A DNA stretch of 35,454 nt from an uncultured Candidatus Saccharibacteria bacterium (GTDB taxonomy: Bacteria; Patescibacteriota; Minisyncoccia; Phycocordibacterales; JABMNX01), in NCBI GenBank assembly GCA_964625905.1, contig CAZVBS010000003.1, positions 1-35,454 on the forward strand. Reading direction: 5' to 3'. The translations under genes and the position numbers were made by a program. The notes beneath the pieces are model-generated. The model searched no databases and was not told the DNA's origin. It saw only the letters and a program-made list of their open reading frames with translations. Below, one piece after another: positions 19,284 through 27,020 of the stretch. Within the stretch, counting starts at the first letter, position 1. Every line of letters begins with the position of its first letter.

Positions 19284-20381
19284 CTATATTCTAAACTCGA
19301 TTATGTCGCCATCTTTTACAACATATTGCTTTCCTTCTGTTCGCACGAATCCTTTGTCTCTGGCTACTGCGTATGACTGCGCCTCTATCAGCTTTTCATA
19401 AGAAACTACGTCAGCACGTATAAACTTATCCTTAAAGTCTGAGTGAATTGCACTCCCTGCTTCTGGAGCAGTACTACCTTTAAGTACTGTCCATGCCCTT
19501 GTTTCATCCTCTCCTGTTGTAAAGTATGTAATTAAATTCAACAATATATAACTTGTCTTAATAAATAAACTTATACCGTCTTCTACAACACCAAACTCCC
19601 TTAAGAACTCTTCTCTGTCATCTTCAGACACATCTTTAAGTTCATGTTCTACTCCTGCATCTATAATTACATACTGTGAATCAGATTCTTCTATAAATTG
19701 CATTAACTTTTCATATCTATCTCCGTTCTCTTCATCAATATTAATAGCGTTAGCTTTCTTATTAAAAACATACAACATCGGCTTCATGGTCAAAAGATGG
19801 AGTCCTTTTATTACTTCTGAATCTTTTTCATCAAGTTCAGTTTCTCGAGCGAGTTTACCTTCTTCTAATTTCTGTAAAACTTTAGTAGCAACATCGCGCT
19901 CTTTCACTGCATCCTTATCTCCTCTTTTTACATCACGTTCTATTGAAGAAAGTCGTTTCGTGACAGTCTGCATGTCTGCCATGATAAGCTCCAAATTGAT
20001 TACTGTAATGTCATCAATAGGGCTAATACCTCCGTGCACATGCATTATGTCTGCGTCCTCAAAAAGCCGAACAACGTGCGCAATAGCATCCACTTCACGT
20101 ATATTAGAAAGGAACTTATTACCAAGACCTTCGCCTTCCGCAGCTCCTTTCACAAGCCCCGCGATATCTACAAACTCTATTGCTGTTGGTATAGTTTTTT
20201 TTGACTCAGATAAACGGCTGAGGCACTCCAGCCGTTTATCTGGCACAGCTACAACACCAACCGATGGGTCAATAGTACAAAATGGAAAATTCTCCGCTGG
20301 TACAGAGCGCTTTGTTAAAGCATTAAATAATGTAGACTTACCTACGTTGGGTAGACCTACTATACCGATTGAAAGTGACAT
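19284..20381 (-). CDS. ychF: Redox-regulated ATPase YchF
   Basis: GIVGLPNVGKSTLFNALT, NFPFCTI, DIAGLV and C-terminal TGS (ETRAWT, GKQYVVKDGD). Likely start is MSLSIGIVG at 20381. Confidence 0.97.
   Translation of the reverse strand: MSLSIGIVGLPNVGKSTLFNALTKRSVPAENFPFCTIDPSVGVVAVPDKRLECLSRLSESKKTIPTAIEFVDIAGLVKGAAEGEGLGNKFLSNIREVDAIAHVVRLFEDADIMHVHGGISPIDDITVINLELIMADMQTVTKRLSSIERDVKRGDKDAVKERDVATKVLQKLEEGKLARETELDEKDSEVIKGLHLLTMKPMLYVFNKKANAINIDEENGDRYEKLMQFIEESDSQYVIIDAGVEHELKDVSEDDREEFLREFGVVEDGISLFIKTSYILLNLITYFTTGEDETRAWTVLKGSTAPEAGSAIHSDFKDKFIRADVVSYEKLIEAQSYAVARDKGFVRTEGKQYVVKDGDIIEFRI
20207..20242. repeat. Intragenic copy of the AAACGGCTG..CAGCCGTTT palindrome within ychF
   Basis: CAGATAAACGGCTG-AGGCACTC-CAGCCGTTTATCTG with 14-bp perfect arms. 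Confidence 0.8.
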
Positions 20382-20392
20382 ATTTATTAGTG

Positions 20393-20430
20393 AAAAATTA
20401 AAGTCCAGTACCTTACAGGAGCTGGACTTA
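20393..20430 (-). terminator. Terminator-like hairpin after the putative ncRNA
   Basis: Minus strand: AAGTCCAG-ctcctgtaaggta-CTGGACTT then TAATTTTT. Confidence 0.6.
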
Positions 20431-20431
20431 T

Positions 20432-20527
20432 AGTGGAGGCGACAGCGCCGGGGTGGTTCCTTCATCCGCTGAACAAGCTATCTTGCCTTGAACACAGAAT
20501 TCTTCGGCAACGCCATTGCCCCTCACT
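20432..20527 (-). ncRNA. Putative ~95-nt structured RNA (6S-like architecture, unassigned)
   Basis: GC-rich island in AT-rich intergenic DNA. The 5' end AGUGAGGGGCAAUGGCGUUG pairs with the 3' end CGGCGCUGUCGCCUCCACU through G.U pairs on this strand; internal bubble and apical stem; bracketed by a promoter and a terminator. Confidence 0.6.
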
Positions 20528-20531
20528 CAAA

Positions 20532-20560
20532 ATAATAACTAGAGACGGCTCTTTTGTCAA
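20532..20560 (-). promoter_or_regulatory. Sigma-70 promoter
   Basis: TTGACA (20560-20555), 17-nt spacer, TATTAT (20537-20532). Confidence 0.8.
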
Positions 20561-20635
20561 ATTAAATATCTTCAGATTAAAGGCATGGAATCTACTTCCT
20601 AAAATCAAACTGAAGCGGCAACACTAGCCGCTTTT

Positions 20636-21232
20636 TTATTTTGCTTTTTTCCCAAGCTTACGCATTTTGTTGTGCCACTGCGCTTTGCACTTATCTGTAG
20701 CTTTTTCAGCTGGACCGAACACAGTGCGCCTTACTGGAGAAATACCAGAGAATCCTAAGATTCCGCGGATTATTTCATTAGTGAAGTCTCCAAAATGAAA
20801 CCGTATTTTAACAGGGTGTGTGCCTGTTGTTACTACTACACGTGCAGTTTTACCTTTAAACATTTCTATAAGTTTGTTAGTGCGTTTCCCTTCTTTATCT
20901 TTCTCAAAGTTAAATGCAAAGCCGGGAAGCCACATACGGTCAAACATTCCTTTTAAAATTGCTGGCATTGAACACCACCAGTTTGGATAGAATATTACAA
21001 TATGATCCGCCCATTTAAAATTGTCCTGAACGCGAATTAAATCTGGTTCAAGTGCTTGGATTTCTTTGTATCCTTTGTGTAGCATTGGGTCAAATTGTAA
21101 TTCACCTATGTTTATTCTACGTACTTCGTGACCTTCAGCTTTTGCACCCTCTATGTACGCGCCAGCAAGTGACCCTACTGTTGTATTTGAATCCGGATGT
21201 CCTACTAATACAAAAACTTTCTTCTTGTTCAT
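20636..21232 (-). CDS. Flavodoxin-fold NAD(P)H:quinone oxidoreductase (Flavodoxin_2)
   Basis: GHP, LEPDL, WADHIV..YPNWW..MPAILKGMFDR. Confidence 0.92.
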   Translation of the reverse strand: MNKKKVFVLVGHPDSNTTVGSLAGAYIEGAKAEGHEVRRINIGELQFDPMLHKGYKEIQALEPDLIRVQDNFKWADHIVIFYPNWWCSMPAILKGMFDRMWLPGFAFNFEKDKEGKRTNKLIEMFKGKTARVVVTTGTHPVKIRFHFGDFTNEIIRGILGFSGISPVRRTVFGPAEKATDKCKAQWHNKMRKLGKKAK

Positions 21233-21252
21233 AATGTCTTATTGATAATTTG

Positions 21253-21591
21253 TTAATGAGAGACCATAAAAGTCTCGTAATAATAAAACCCTGTTATAGC
21301 TAAAGTACTCAGTAAACTAATCCAGAACAAGAAAAATAAGATGCGAGATTCTGTATCTCGTCTATCTGAGACCACTAGACTAAGAATATATCCTACAATA
21401 TAAAAGCCAATAAAAGAAATCACCCCTTTCCCAACCCAATGATGAGTGAATATATCAGCTAGCCAACTTTTTAGTGGTTTATATAATTCACTAACTATTG
21501 TAAGGACAGCAATTACAACAATGGCTAGACCAGCACTTATTGCAAAAGCTCGTATGTATTGTGATTTTTTGTTTTTGTTTTTGTTTTCCAT
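21253..21591 (-). CDS. Three-TM membrane protein
   Basis: 112-aa hydrophobic ORF with an HHW.GKG segment; operonic spacing. Confidence 0.75.
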   Translation of the reverse strand: MENKNKNKKSQYIRAFAISAGLAIVVIAVLTIVSELYKPLKSWLADIFTHHWVGKGVISFIGFYIVGYILSLVVSDRRDTESRILFFLFWISLLSTLAITGFYYYETFMVSH

Positions 21592-21617
21592 TTTTTTGTT
21601 ATCTACTTTCTACTTAA

Positions 21618-22073
21618 TTATCCTGCACTTCCACTTATTAATATTCCTGACAAGGTTATAAAGAGCGCTGTAACAAACGATAGTACTGTAATATAAACCA
21701 GAGCCTGTTTTGTCTTTCCTCCTGAAACTATCTCTTTTTCTCTAAAGAAAAATACTAACATTAATATAAATGTAAGAATCGGTAGTAGTAAAAACAAATG
21801 CTCTTTTGTTTCCATAAAGAAAGAGTGTGCGAATGGGTAGTCACCACCTTTAATAAGTGGTTTTACTTCAGGTCCATACCTTAAAACATAATAATATCCA
21901 CCAGAAAACCATGACATAAGGTACGAAACAAACGCGGTAACTGACGCAAACTTAAGAAACCTTATAGAAGACTTTCTCTTAAATAGGTTCATAAGTATTG
22001 CATACAAAGTCATAACACCAATAACACCAGCTATAACATGTGTAATTAATGTGAATGTAAAAATAGTGTCCAT
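21618..22073 (-). CDS. Four-TM membrane protein
   Basis: THVIAG in TM1, AH..FMETKEH before TM3. Confidence 0.78.
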   Translation of the reverse strand: MDTIFTFTLITHVIAGVIGVMTLYAILMNLFKRKSSIRFLKFASVTAFVSYLMSWFSGGYYYVLRYGPEVKPLIKGGDYPFAHSFFMETKEHLFLLLPILTFILMLVFFFREKEIVSGGKTKQALVYITVLSFVTALFITLSGILISGSAG

Positions 22074-22077
22074 AATA

Positions 22078-22581
22078 TTATTTCTTTACTTTATCTAAGT
22101 ATGATTTATTTATAAAAGAAAGAACAACTGTTGTTATTACAACTGCTACAACATACCCAAACATTATTTCCATATAAGAATACGTAATATCATGCCATGA
22201 TCCGAGTATCATAGCTGCGTACCAAGATGTAAGAGAAAGTGAAGCACCGAGCCACATAGGGATTTTATGCAACTGAAGCATGAGTGCGTTTACAACTAGG
22301 ATTATTATTATAGTCATCTTCGCCCAAAGTTTTGGGTCAAGTAGTCGTTCTTCTTGTCCTGTGAATCTATATAACAACAAAAAACCAAATCCAGACAAAA
22401 CAGAAATAATCAAACCGACTCTAAGTACTGAATAGATAGCTTTTAATCCAGATCCTTCTTCTGGACTAACAACACCGTCTTTAAGTGCTCTAAGATAAAA
22501 TATCTCAGCAAATGTTGCAGCTCCAACACCAAGTACTGTTCCAATTAAGTGTGTAAAGATTAGGAGTGTATAAATATCCAT
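22078..22581 (-). CDS. Multi-TM membrane protein
   Basis: THLIG..LG.G in TM1, SG.G, AKM.I...L..N; resembles CopD/DUF2269-like four-helix bundles. Confidence 0.78.
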   Translation of the reverse strand: MDIYTLLIFTHLIGTVLGVGAATFAEIFYLRALKDGVVSPEEGSGLKAIYSVLRVGLIISVLSGFGFLLLYRFTGQEERLLDPKLWAKMTIIIILVVNALMLQLHKIPMWLGASLSLTSWYAAMILGSWHDITYSYMEIMFGYVVAVVITTVVLSFINKSYLDKVKK

Positions 22582-22588
22582 AATATTT

Positions 22589-22816
22589 TTACTTCTTCAT
22601 AAGTTCTTGCATCTCACTCTGGTGAGCTTGCATGACTTCCATTGTTGCAGTCATTTGATCCTTCCCTGATTTCATCTTCGCTTGAATCTCAACTGCTATT
22701 TTCTGAAAGAACTCAGGGTTCTTCTCTACAGCAGACAGAATCATTTCTTGTTGTTCCTCTGGAACGTCTTTCATCTTAGACTTCAAAAGCCTCTTCATTA
22801 ACATATTTTTAAACAT
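22589..22816 (-). CDS. Small helical hypothetical protein
   Basis: 75-aa Met/Gln/Lys-rich ORF, 7 bp from the next gene. Confidence 0.75.
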   Translation of the reverse strand: MFKNMLMKRLLKSKMKDVPEEQQEMILSAVEKNPEFFQKIAVEIQAKMKSGKDQMTATMEVMQAHQSEMQELMKK

Positions 22817-22887
22817 AGTAGTGGATATTATAACAAAAAAAGACGATTAAAAGCTCGTCTGTTGTGGGTAATACTACGTATCTACTT

Positions 22888-23337
22888 TTATTTAAAACGA
22901 CCGTTTTCAGATCCGTTTTTTTTACCTATTTGATGCATAAGCATAGCGCGAAGTGTTCTTCCGCTGTAATACAACGCAAGAAGAAATACTATCGCGAGTG
23001 CCTGTCTTGTGATTGATAAGAAAAAATTATCAAACCCAAAACCAACAACAGCAGCATATTCAAACAGTACAACTGCTACAGCTGCTATTATTAAATCTAC
23101 AGTCACAACCCAACGCTGAAAAGGATTCACAATAGCTCCACCTAGTACAAGTATTACAACAAAGACAGGAAGGAATCCTGTTCCAACTTGGAGTAGGTTT
23201 TTAAAAAAAGGAAGAGTTGCAAGTATGATAATCCCGCCAATTAAAAAAAGTATTCTTACAGTATCACCGTGATAGTGTGGGACTTGTGGAGTACCTTGTG
23301 GTTTTGTAAATTCAAGTGGATCCAACATTATTCTCAC
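22888..23337 (-). CDS. Four-TM membrane protein
   Basis: HYHGD.VR followed by four hydrophobic segments; start uncertain. Confidence 0.75.
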   Translation of the reverse strand: MRIMLDPLEFTKPQGTPQVPHYHGDTVRILFLIGGIIILATLPFFKNLLQVGTGFLPVFVVILVLGGAIVNPFQRWVVTVDLIIAAVAVVLFEYAAVVGFGFDNFFLSITRQALAIVFLLALYYSGRTLRAMLMHQIGKKNGSENGRFK

Positions 23338-23377
23338 TATGTCATAAAGAGTATATTTTAGCTAGCGCTTATGAAAG

Positions 23378-23662
23378 CTAACTGTTTAGTACTTGTTCAG
23401 GGTCAAAATTATCCTTGTTTTGAAGCTTATTTCTCTTTTCAAAGCTACACTCAACACATCTGTGAATTATTTTATATTCCCCGCCGTCCCCCTCAAACGA
23501 AACAGGTCTCATAAGACCACCACATTCAGAAGCTCGATCACCAGGATCAATATCAACATGTTTACTCCACAAACACTGTGGGCAATGGTTTGTAAACCCA
23601 TCTCCATTTACCTGCTTGCCACAATATTCACATTTAAAATCTTCTTTTGTACGTTTAAACAT
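23378..23662 (-). CDS. RNHCP-domain Zn-binding protein
   Basis: F.C..CG, TNHCPQCLWSKHVD..PGDR...CGGLM.P and IIHRC..C. Confidence 0.92.
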   Translation of the reverse strand: MFKRTKEDFKCEYCGKQVNGDGFTNHCPQCLWSKHVDIDPGDRASECGGLMRPVSFEGDGGEYKIIHRCVECSFEKRNKLQNKDNFDPEQVLNS

Positions 23663-23688
23663 ACAAGAATTTTATCATTATTTTAAGT

Positions 23689-23726
23689 TAATAAAAACGC
23701 CCAGTATAACGTGGGCGTTTTTATTA
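23689..23726. terminator. Bidirectional terminator-like hairpin
   Basis: TAATAAAAACGCCCA-gtataacg-TGGGCGTTTTTATTA. Confidence 0.75.
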
Positions 23727-23819
23727 AACAAATTTTATAGAATATATAACTTATAATTTGTCCTTCTCATCACTATTGTTATCACCATGTTCTCTCCTCT
23801 CTTTTTCTACTTCCTTGAA

Positions 23820-24707
23820 CTATCTCTCCACTCTCTGCTTTTCTACCTCTCGAGCTCTCTCTCCAGCTTGCTTTAAAGCTTCTCGCTCTCTTTCAGTTAA
23901 ATCTGAGTCTTCCAATCTTTTCTCTAGAGCCTCTTGCTTCTTGTCTGCTTCATGTTTTAGTTCTTCACGAAAAGATTCTTTTTCGTGATCTTCAAATTCT
24001 TCACTGTCATCATCCAAAAACGGCTTACCTTCGCGGATCAATTCCCTATCATGTTCTTCATCTTCCTTTCTCATTTCTTCTTTTCTGTCCTCTCGGTCTC
24101 TTAACTCAGGAATAGGTATACCTCTTTCTTTTAATTCTTCTAAATGAGATTCAAATTCATTAAATTTCTTTTCAACTCTATCTTCTATTTCTTCTCGTCT
24201 TTCTTTTGACACAGCACGTAGAGCCTCATCTAACCCTCGTGCACTGTGCTCCATTGCACGCATTATTGCTTCTTTCGCCTGTTCAGGTACTTGCTCATAC
24301 ACTCGAGCCAACACTTCTTGGTGTTTAGCAGTTGATTCAGCAAGTTCGGCTAAAACATCATCTACGTCTTTTCCATCTGTTTTTGCTTCATTTGCTTTTT
24401 CTAGTGCTTTTGTTATGCGCTCTTGATACTTTTGCGTCGCTTTTTCTGCTCTTTCTGAATCTCCTTTTTCTGCAAGTTCTTGTGCTTCAGCAAGGCGCTT
24501 ATTTGCAAGAAATGCATATCTTTCAGCTTTTGCTACTTTCCCAAAAGAAAAGAATGTTCCTATACCTTCTGAAGTAATTTTTAGGAAATAAAATGTGCTC
24601 CCTGGAAGTATTCCAGCATCTGGCAAGTCATCTGTTGTTTGTGCACTGGCAACTCCAACGAACATAAACATTGTAACGATAAAAATAAATGATAGTTTTT
24701 TTAACAT
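23820..24707 (-). CDS. Secreted helical protein (DUF5667-like) with charged C-terminal tail
   Basis: Signal peptide ending ASA; LP.AGILPGS.FYFLK...E and A.KRLAE; E/R/K-rich tail. The frame continues 22 codons past the TAG. Confidence 0.8.
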   Translation of the reverse strand: MLKKLSFIFIVTMFMFVGVASAQTTDDLPDAGILPGSTFYFLKITSEGIGTFFSFGKVAKAERYAFLANKRLAEAQELAEKGDSERAEKATQKYQERITKALEKANEAKTDGKDVDDVLAELAESTAKHQEVLARVYEQVPEQAKEAIMRAMEHSARGLDEALRAVSKERREEIEDRVEKKFNEFESHLEELKERGIPIPELRDREDRKEEMRKEDEEHDRELIREGKPFLDDDSEEFEDHEKESFREELKHEADKKQEALEKRLEDSDLTEREREALKQAGERAREVEKQRVER

Positions 24708-24875
24708 AAGATTTTACTTATTTAATAAAAATTTTTAATCTAGTCTGCAACCTATTTGCCCAAGAGCATAGCGTGAAAAGTGCTAAATGCACTTTGCAAG
24801 ACCTTTAGAGGTATTCTTGAGCTTTGTGAAAAGAATATCCTAAAGGCTGAAACAACACCAACGTGTTGTTTCAGA

Positions 24876-24911
24876 AGGTTGTCGATATTTTGAAAAAATA
24901 TCATACAATCT
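24876..24911. repeat. Degenerate copy of repeat module A
   Basis: AGGTTGTCGATATTTTGAAAAAATATC; the centre is inverted relative to TTTTTTCAAAA in the other copies. Confidence 0.6.
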
Positions 24912-25001
24912 GAACAGAATCTGTAAGATTTACAGTTCCTGTAAGGAATGGTTGCAAACAGCAGTGCCCTGTGAGTATAACCTCTTTTACTGCACTATAA
25001 C

Positions 25002-25391
25002 CTAAGAAAGCCACTCTTTCCAATTCTTTGGCACTCCAAGTAGAAACAGTAAAGCTAGAGGAGCACCTATGTTCGCAAAACGTTCTACTGTGTCCCATAT
25101 AGGGTCTCCGATAAATGGCAAAACATGCATAAATGCAGTCCACGAAGTCCATATTACTGCCCAAAGCAAAACTATACGAATAGGCTTAAACAGCACAACA
25201 AGCGCAACTATTACATCAAGTATTCCGACAGCAACCAGTAATTGAGTAGCTAAACTTATATCCCAGCCACCAAAGTCCATTATCCATTGAATCCATTTTT
25301 CTTTTCCTAGTAATGCAAACATTCCATGACCAAAAAATGTGCCGAATACTGAAATACGTAAAACCCACTCTATCTTCTTATAATTATTCAT
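25002..25391 (-). CDS. DoxX-like four-TM membrane protein
   Basis: LRI....F.GHG in TM1 and ERFANIGAPL. Confidence 0.72.
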   Translation of the reverse strand: MNNYKKIEWVLRISVFGTFFGHGMFALLGKEKWIQWIMDFGGWDISLATQLLVAVGILDVIVALVVLFKPIRIVLLWAVIWTSWTAFMHVLPFIGDPIWDTVERFANIGAPLALLFLLGVPKNWKEWLS

Positions 25392-25477
25392 ATTTTAAAA
25401 ACTTGCTGATTTAATTTCCACTAATATTAGTTTGTATTATACCGTTAAAATCTTTAATATAAAACAGAGTTGTTAAG

Positions 25478-25699
25478 TTGTTGTGGATACCCGTTATTAA
25501 GTATATTTCTTCGTTTCACTCGAAATCTACTAAGTGCGCTCAAAGCTATGCCCGGCTCGTGGTTTCTCGTTATCACTCGAAACTTCACTCCGCCTTCCAC
25601 AACTGTTAAAAATGATGCTAATGCATCATTTTTAACATTAAAATAAACAGCCAGAGTACGTTTTGCTGTTTAATTTCATGCTTTTTATAATTTGTGGAC
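25478..25699. repeat. Structured repeat cluster 1 (module B-like, module E, degenerate palindrome, TGTGGAC core)
   Basis: TAAGTATATT..AATCTACTAAGTGCGCTC shared with 33365-33408; CTCCG.CTTCCACAAC..AAAAATGATGC..GCATCATTTTTAACA (25588-25637) shared with 33577-33625; TCGTTTCACTC loops. Confidence 0.85.
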
Positions 25700-25704
25700 A
25701 ACTA

Positions 25705-25732
25705 TTGACTTAAGGTTGTTTTTCGATATAAT
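25705..25732 (+). promoter_or_regulatory. Sigma-70 promoter facing the 3' end of the NYN gene
   Basis: TTGACT, 16-nt spacer, TATAAT. Confidence 0.7.
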
Positions 25733-25736
25733 AACT

Positions 25737-25799
25737 ATGATCTTCGGATCAATTAACTTTATTGCTTAGGGGCTCCGAAAGGAGTCCTTTTGGCTTTTT
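25737..25799 (+). ncRNA. Putative ~60-nt small RNA convergent with the NYN gene
   Basis: UGAUC-UUCG-GAUCA hairpin at the predicted TSS, 16-nt linker, AGGGGCUCC-GAAA-GGAGUCCUU hairpin and U-rich tail. Confidence 0.6.
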
Positions 25800-26556
25800 A
25801 TTTATCCACTTTGTCCTTTATACTTTGTTCTAATTCTTTAGACCAACATGTAAATTCTCTTATTTTCTTAACATCAAAAATATGTACACCTGTAGCATCT
25901 AGTTCTGGTGAAACTTTCCCAGAAGTTGCAAATATCACCACTCTCTTACCATCTTCTGTAATTTGCTGAACAGGATCTGCAAAATCACTGTCTACACTCC
26001 ATATACAATAATTTTCTATATCGTTAGTATCGAAATCGCGCAACATATCGCGACCCATCTCAACATCAAAGTTACATTTTTTATCTTCAATATATTTTTG
26101 TCCTTTCTTGTTTATATCTTGCAGTTTTTTGTTTAAAAATGTAATTGTTGCTATATCAAATAATTCTAATAGTGGTTTCTTTATGAAGTCTTGAAGTAAT
26201 GCAGGTGAATTTTCCGATATACTGCTAGCATCAATCGATCGTCGCATTAACTTAACTGGTTTTGTTATAACATCATAACCAAAACGATTTAATTCTAAAA
26301 TTCCATCTTCAGATTTCTGATTCCCTTCAAGTGTGCCGGTGTAAATTTTTACAGACCTAACTGTATCAAAGGAATCAAAGAGTTGTTTGATCCGTTTAAG
26401 ATTAAAACTCCAACCAAGTTTATCCTGCCAATGAATAACGTTTGACCAATCTATGTATATATTTGTTGGCGCATCAAAAATATCTTCTAGCTCAGTAATT
26501 GTCTTAGAAAACATTTCAGCCAACCCTTCTATTCTTTTTGTTTTTGGAGTAAACAT
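25798..26556 (-). CDS. NYN-domain (LabA/DUF88, PIN-like) ribonuclease
   Basis: Acidic catalytic-type motifs IYIDWSNV, KCNFDVEMGRDM and WSVDSDF. Confidence 0.88.
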   Translation of the reverse strand: MFTPKTKRIEGLAEMFSKTITELEDIFDAPTNIYIDWSNVIHWQDKLGWSFNLKRIKQLFDSFDTVRSVKIYTGTLEGNQKSEDGILELNRFGYDVITKPVKLMRRSIDASSISENSPALLQDFIKKPLLELFDIATITFLNKKLQDINKKGQKYIEDKKCNFDVEMGRDMLRDFDTNDIENYCIWSVDSDFADPVQQITEDGKRVVIFATSGKVSPELDATGVHIFDVKKIREFTCWSKELEQSIKDKVDK

Positions 26557-26647
26557 AATTATTTAAAACCTACCTGAAGTATTTTAATTACTATAACACG
26601 ATATTGGAGCAAAAATTTACACAAAATACAAGCTAAAACAATGGGAA

Positions 26648-26679
26648 AATAAACGCCAAGGGTGCCCTTGGCGTTTATT
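26648..26679. repeat. Near-perfect 32-bp palindrome
   Basis: AATAAACGCCAAGGG-TG-CCCTTGGCGTTTATT. Confidence 0.8.
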
Positions 26680-26770
26680 AACGACGTAGAGTGAGTGAAA
26701 TTGTGAAAGTTTTACTTTCACAATTCCGAGTTGACCGCAGTGTCCGCAGACTGAGTTAATATGCAACCGA

Positions 26771-27011
26771 CCTGTTCGAGAGTGAAGCGATTGAGTACAG
26801 GTTGACGATATTTTTTCAAAATATCTAGCAACCTTTTCAAGTCTTGGACTTGGTCACAGTCGCTAAATATATTGATTCACTTCGTTCTCAATCTACTAAG
26901 CGATCCGACCCGGACTCGGCGACAAGCCTTCCTCGTACCTCGTCGTCTTGTATACTGCCTCCGTCTTTCAAGTCCTGTAATATATTTTGTTGTGGGGTCA
27001 AGTTTCTAAAT
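26771..27011. repeat. Structured repeat cluster 2 (modules A, B, C, D)
   Basis: A 26794-26843 matches 33662-33711 (48/50); B 26846-26900 matches 33347-33401 (52/55); GACTCGGCGACAAG shared; D TGGGGTCAAGTTTCTAAAT 26993-27011 identical to 33435-33453. Confidence 0.9.
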
Positions 27012-27020
27012 GATAGGCAT

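Noticed and set aside
20382-20465. 28-aa N-terminal extension of YchF in the ORF track
   Set aside because: YchF homology starts at MSLSIGIVG, and the extension overlaps the ncRNA and terminator.
20432-20527. SRP (4.5S) RNA
   Set aside because: Size fits, but the conserved CAGG...GNRA...AGCA helix-8 motif is absent on both strands.
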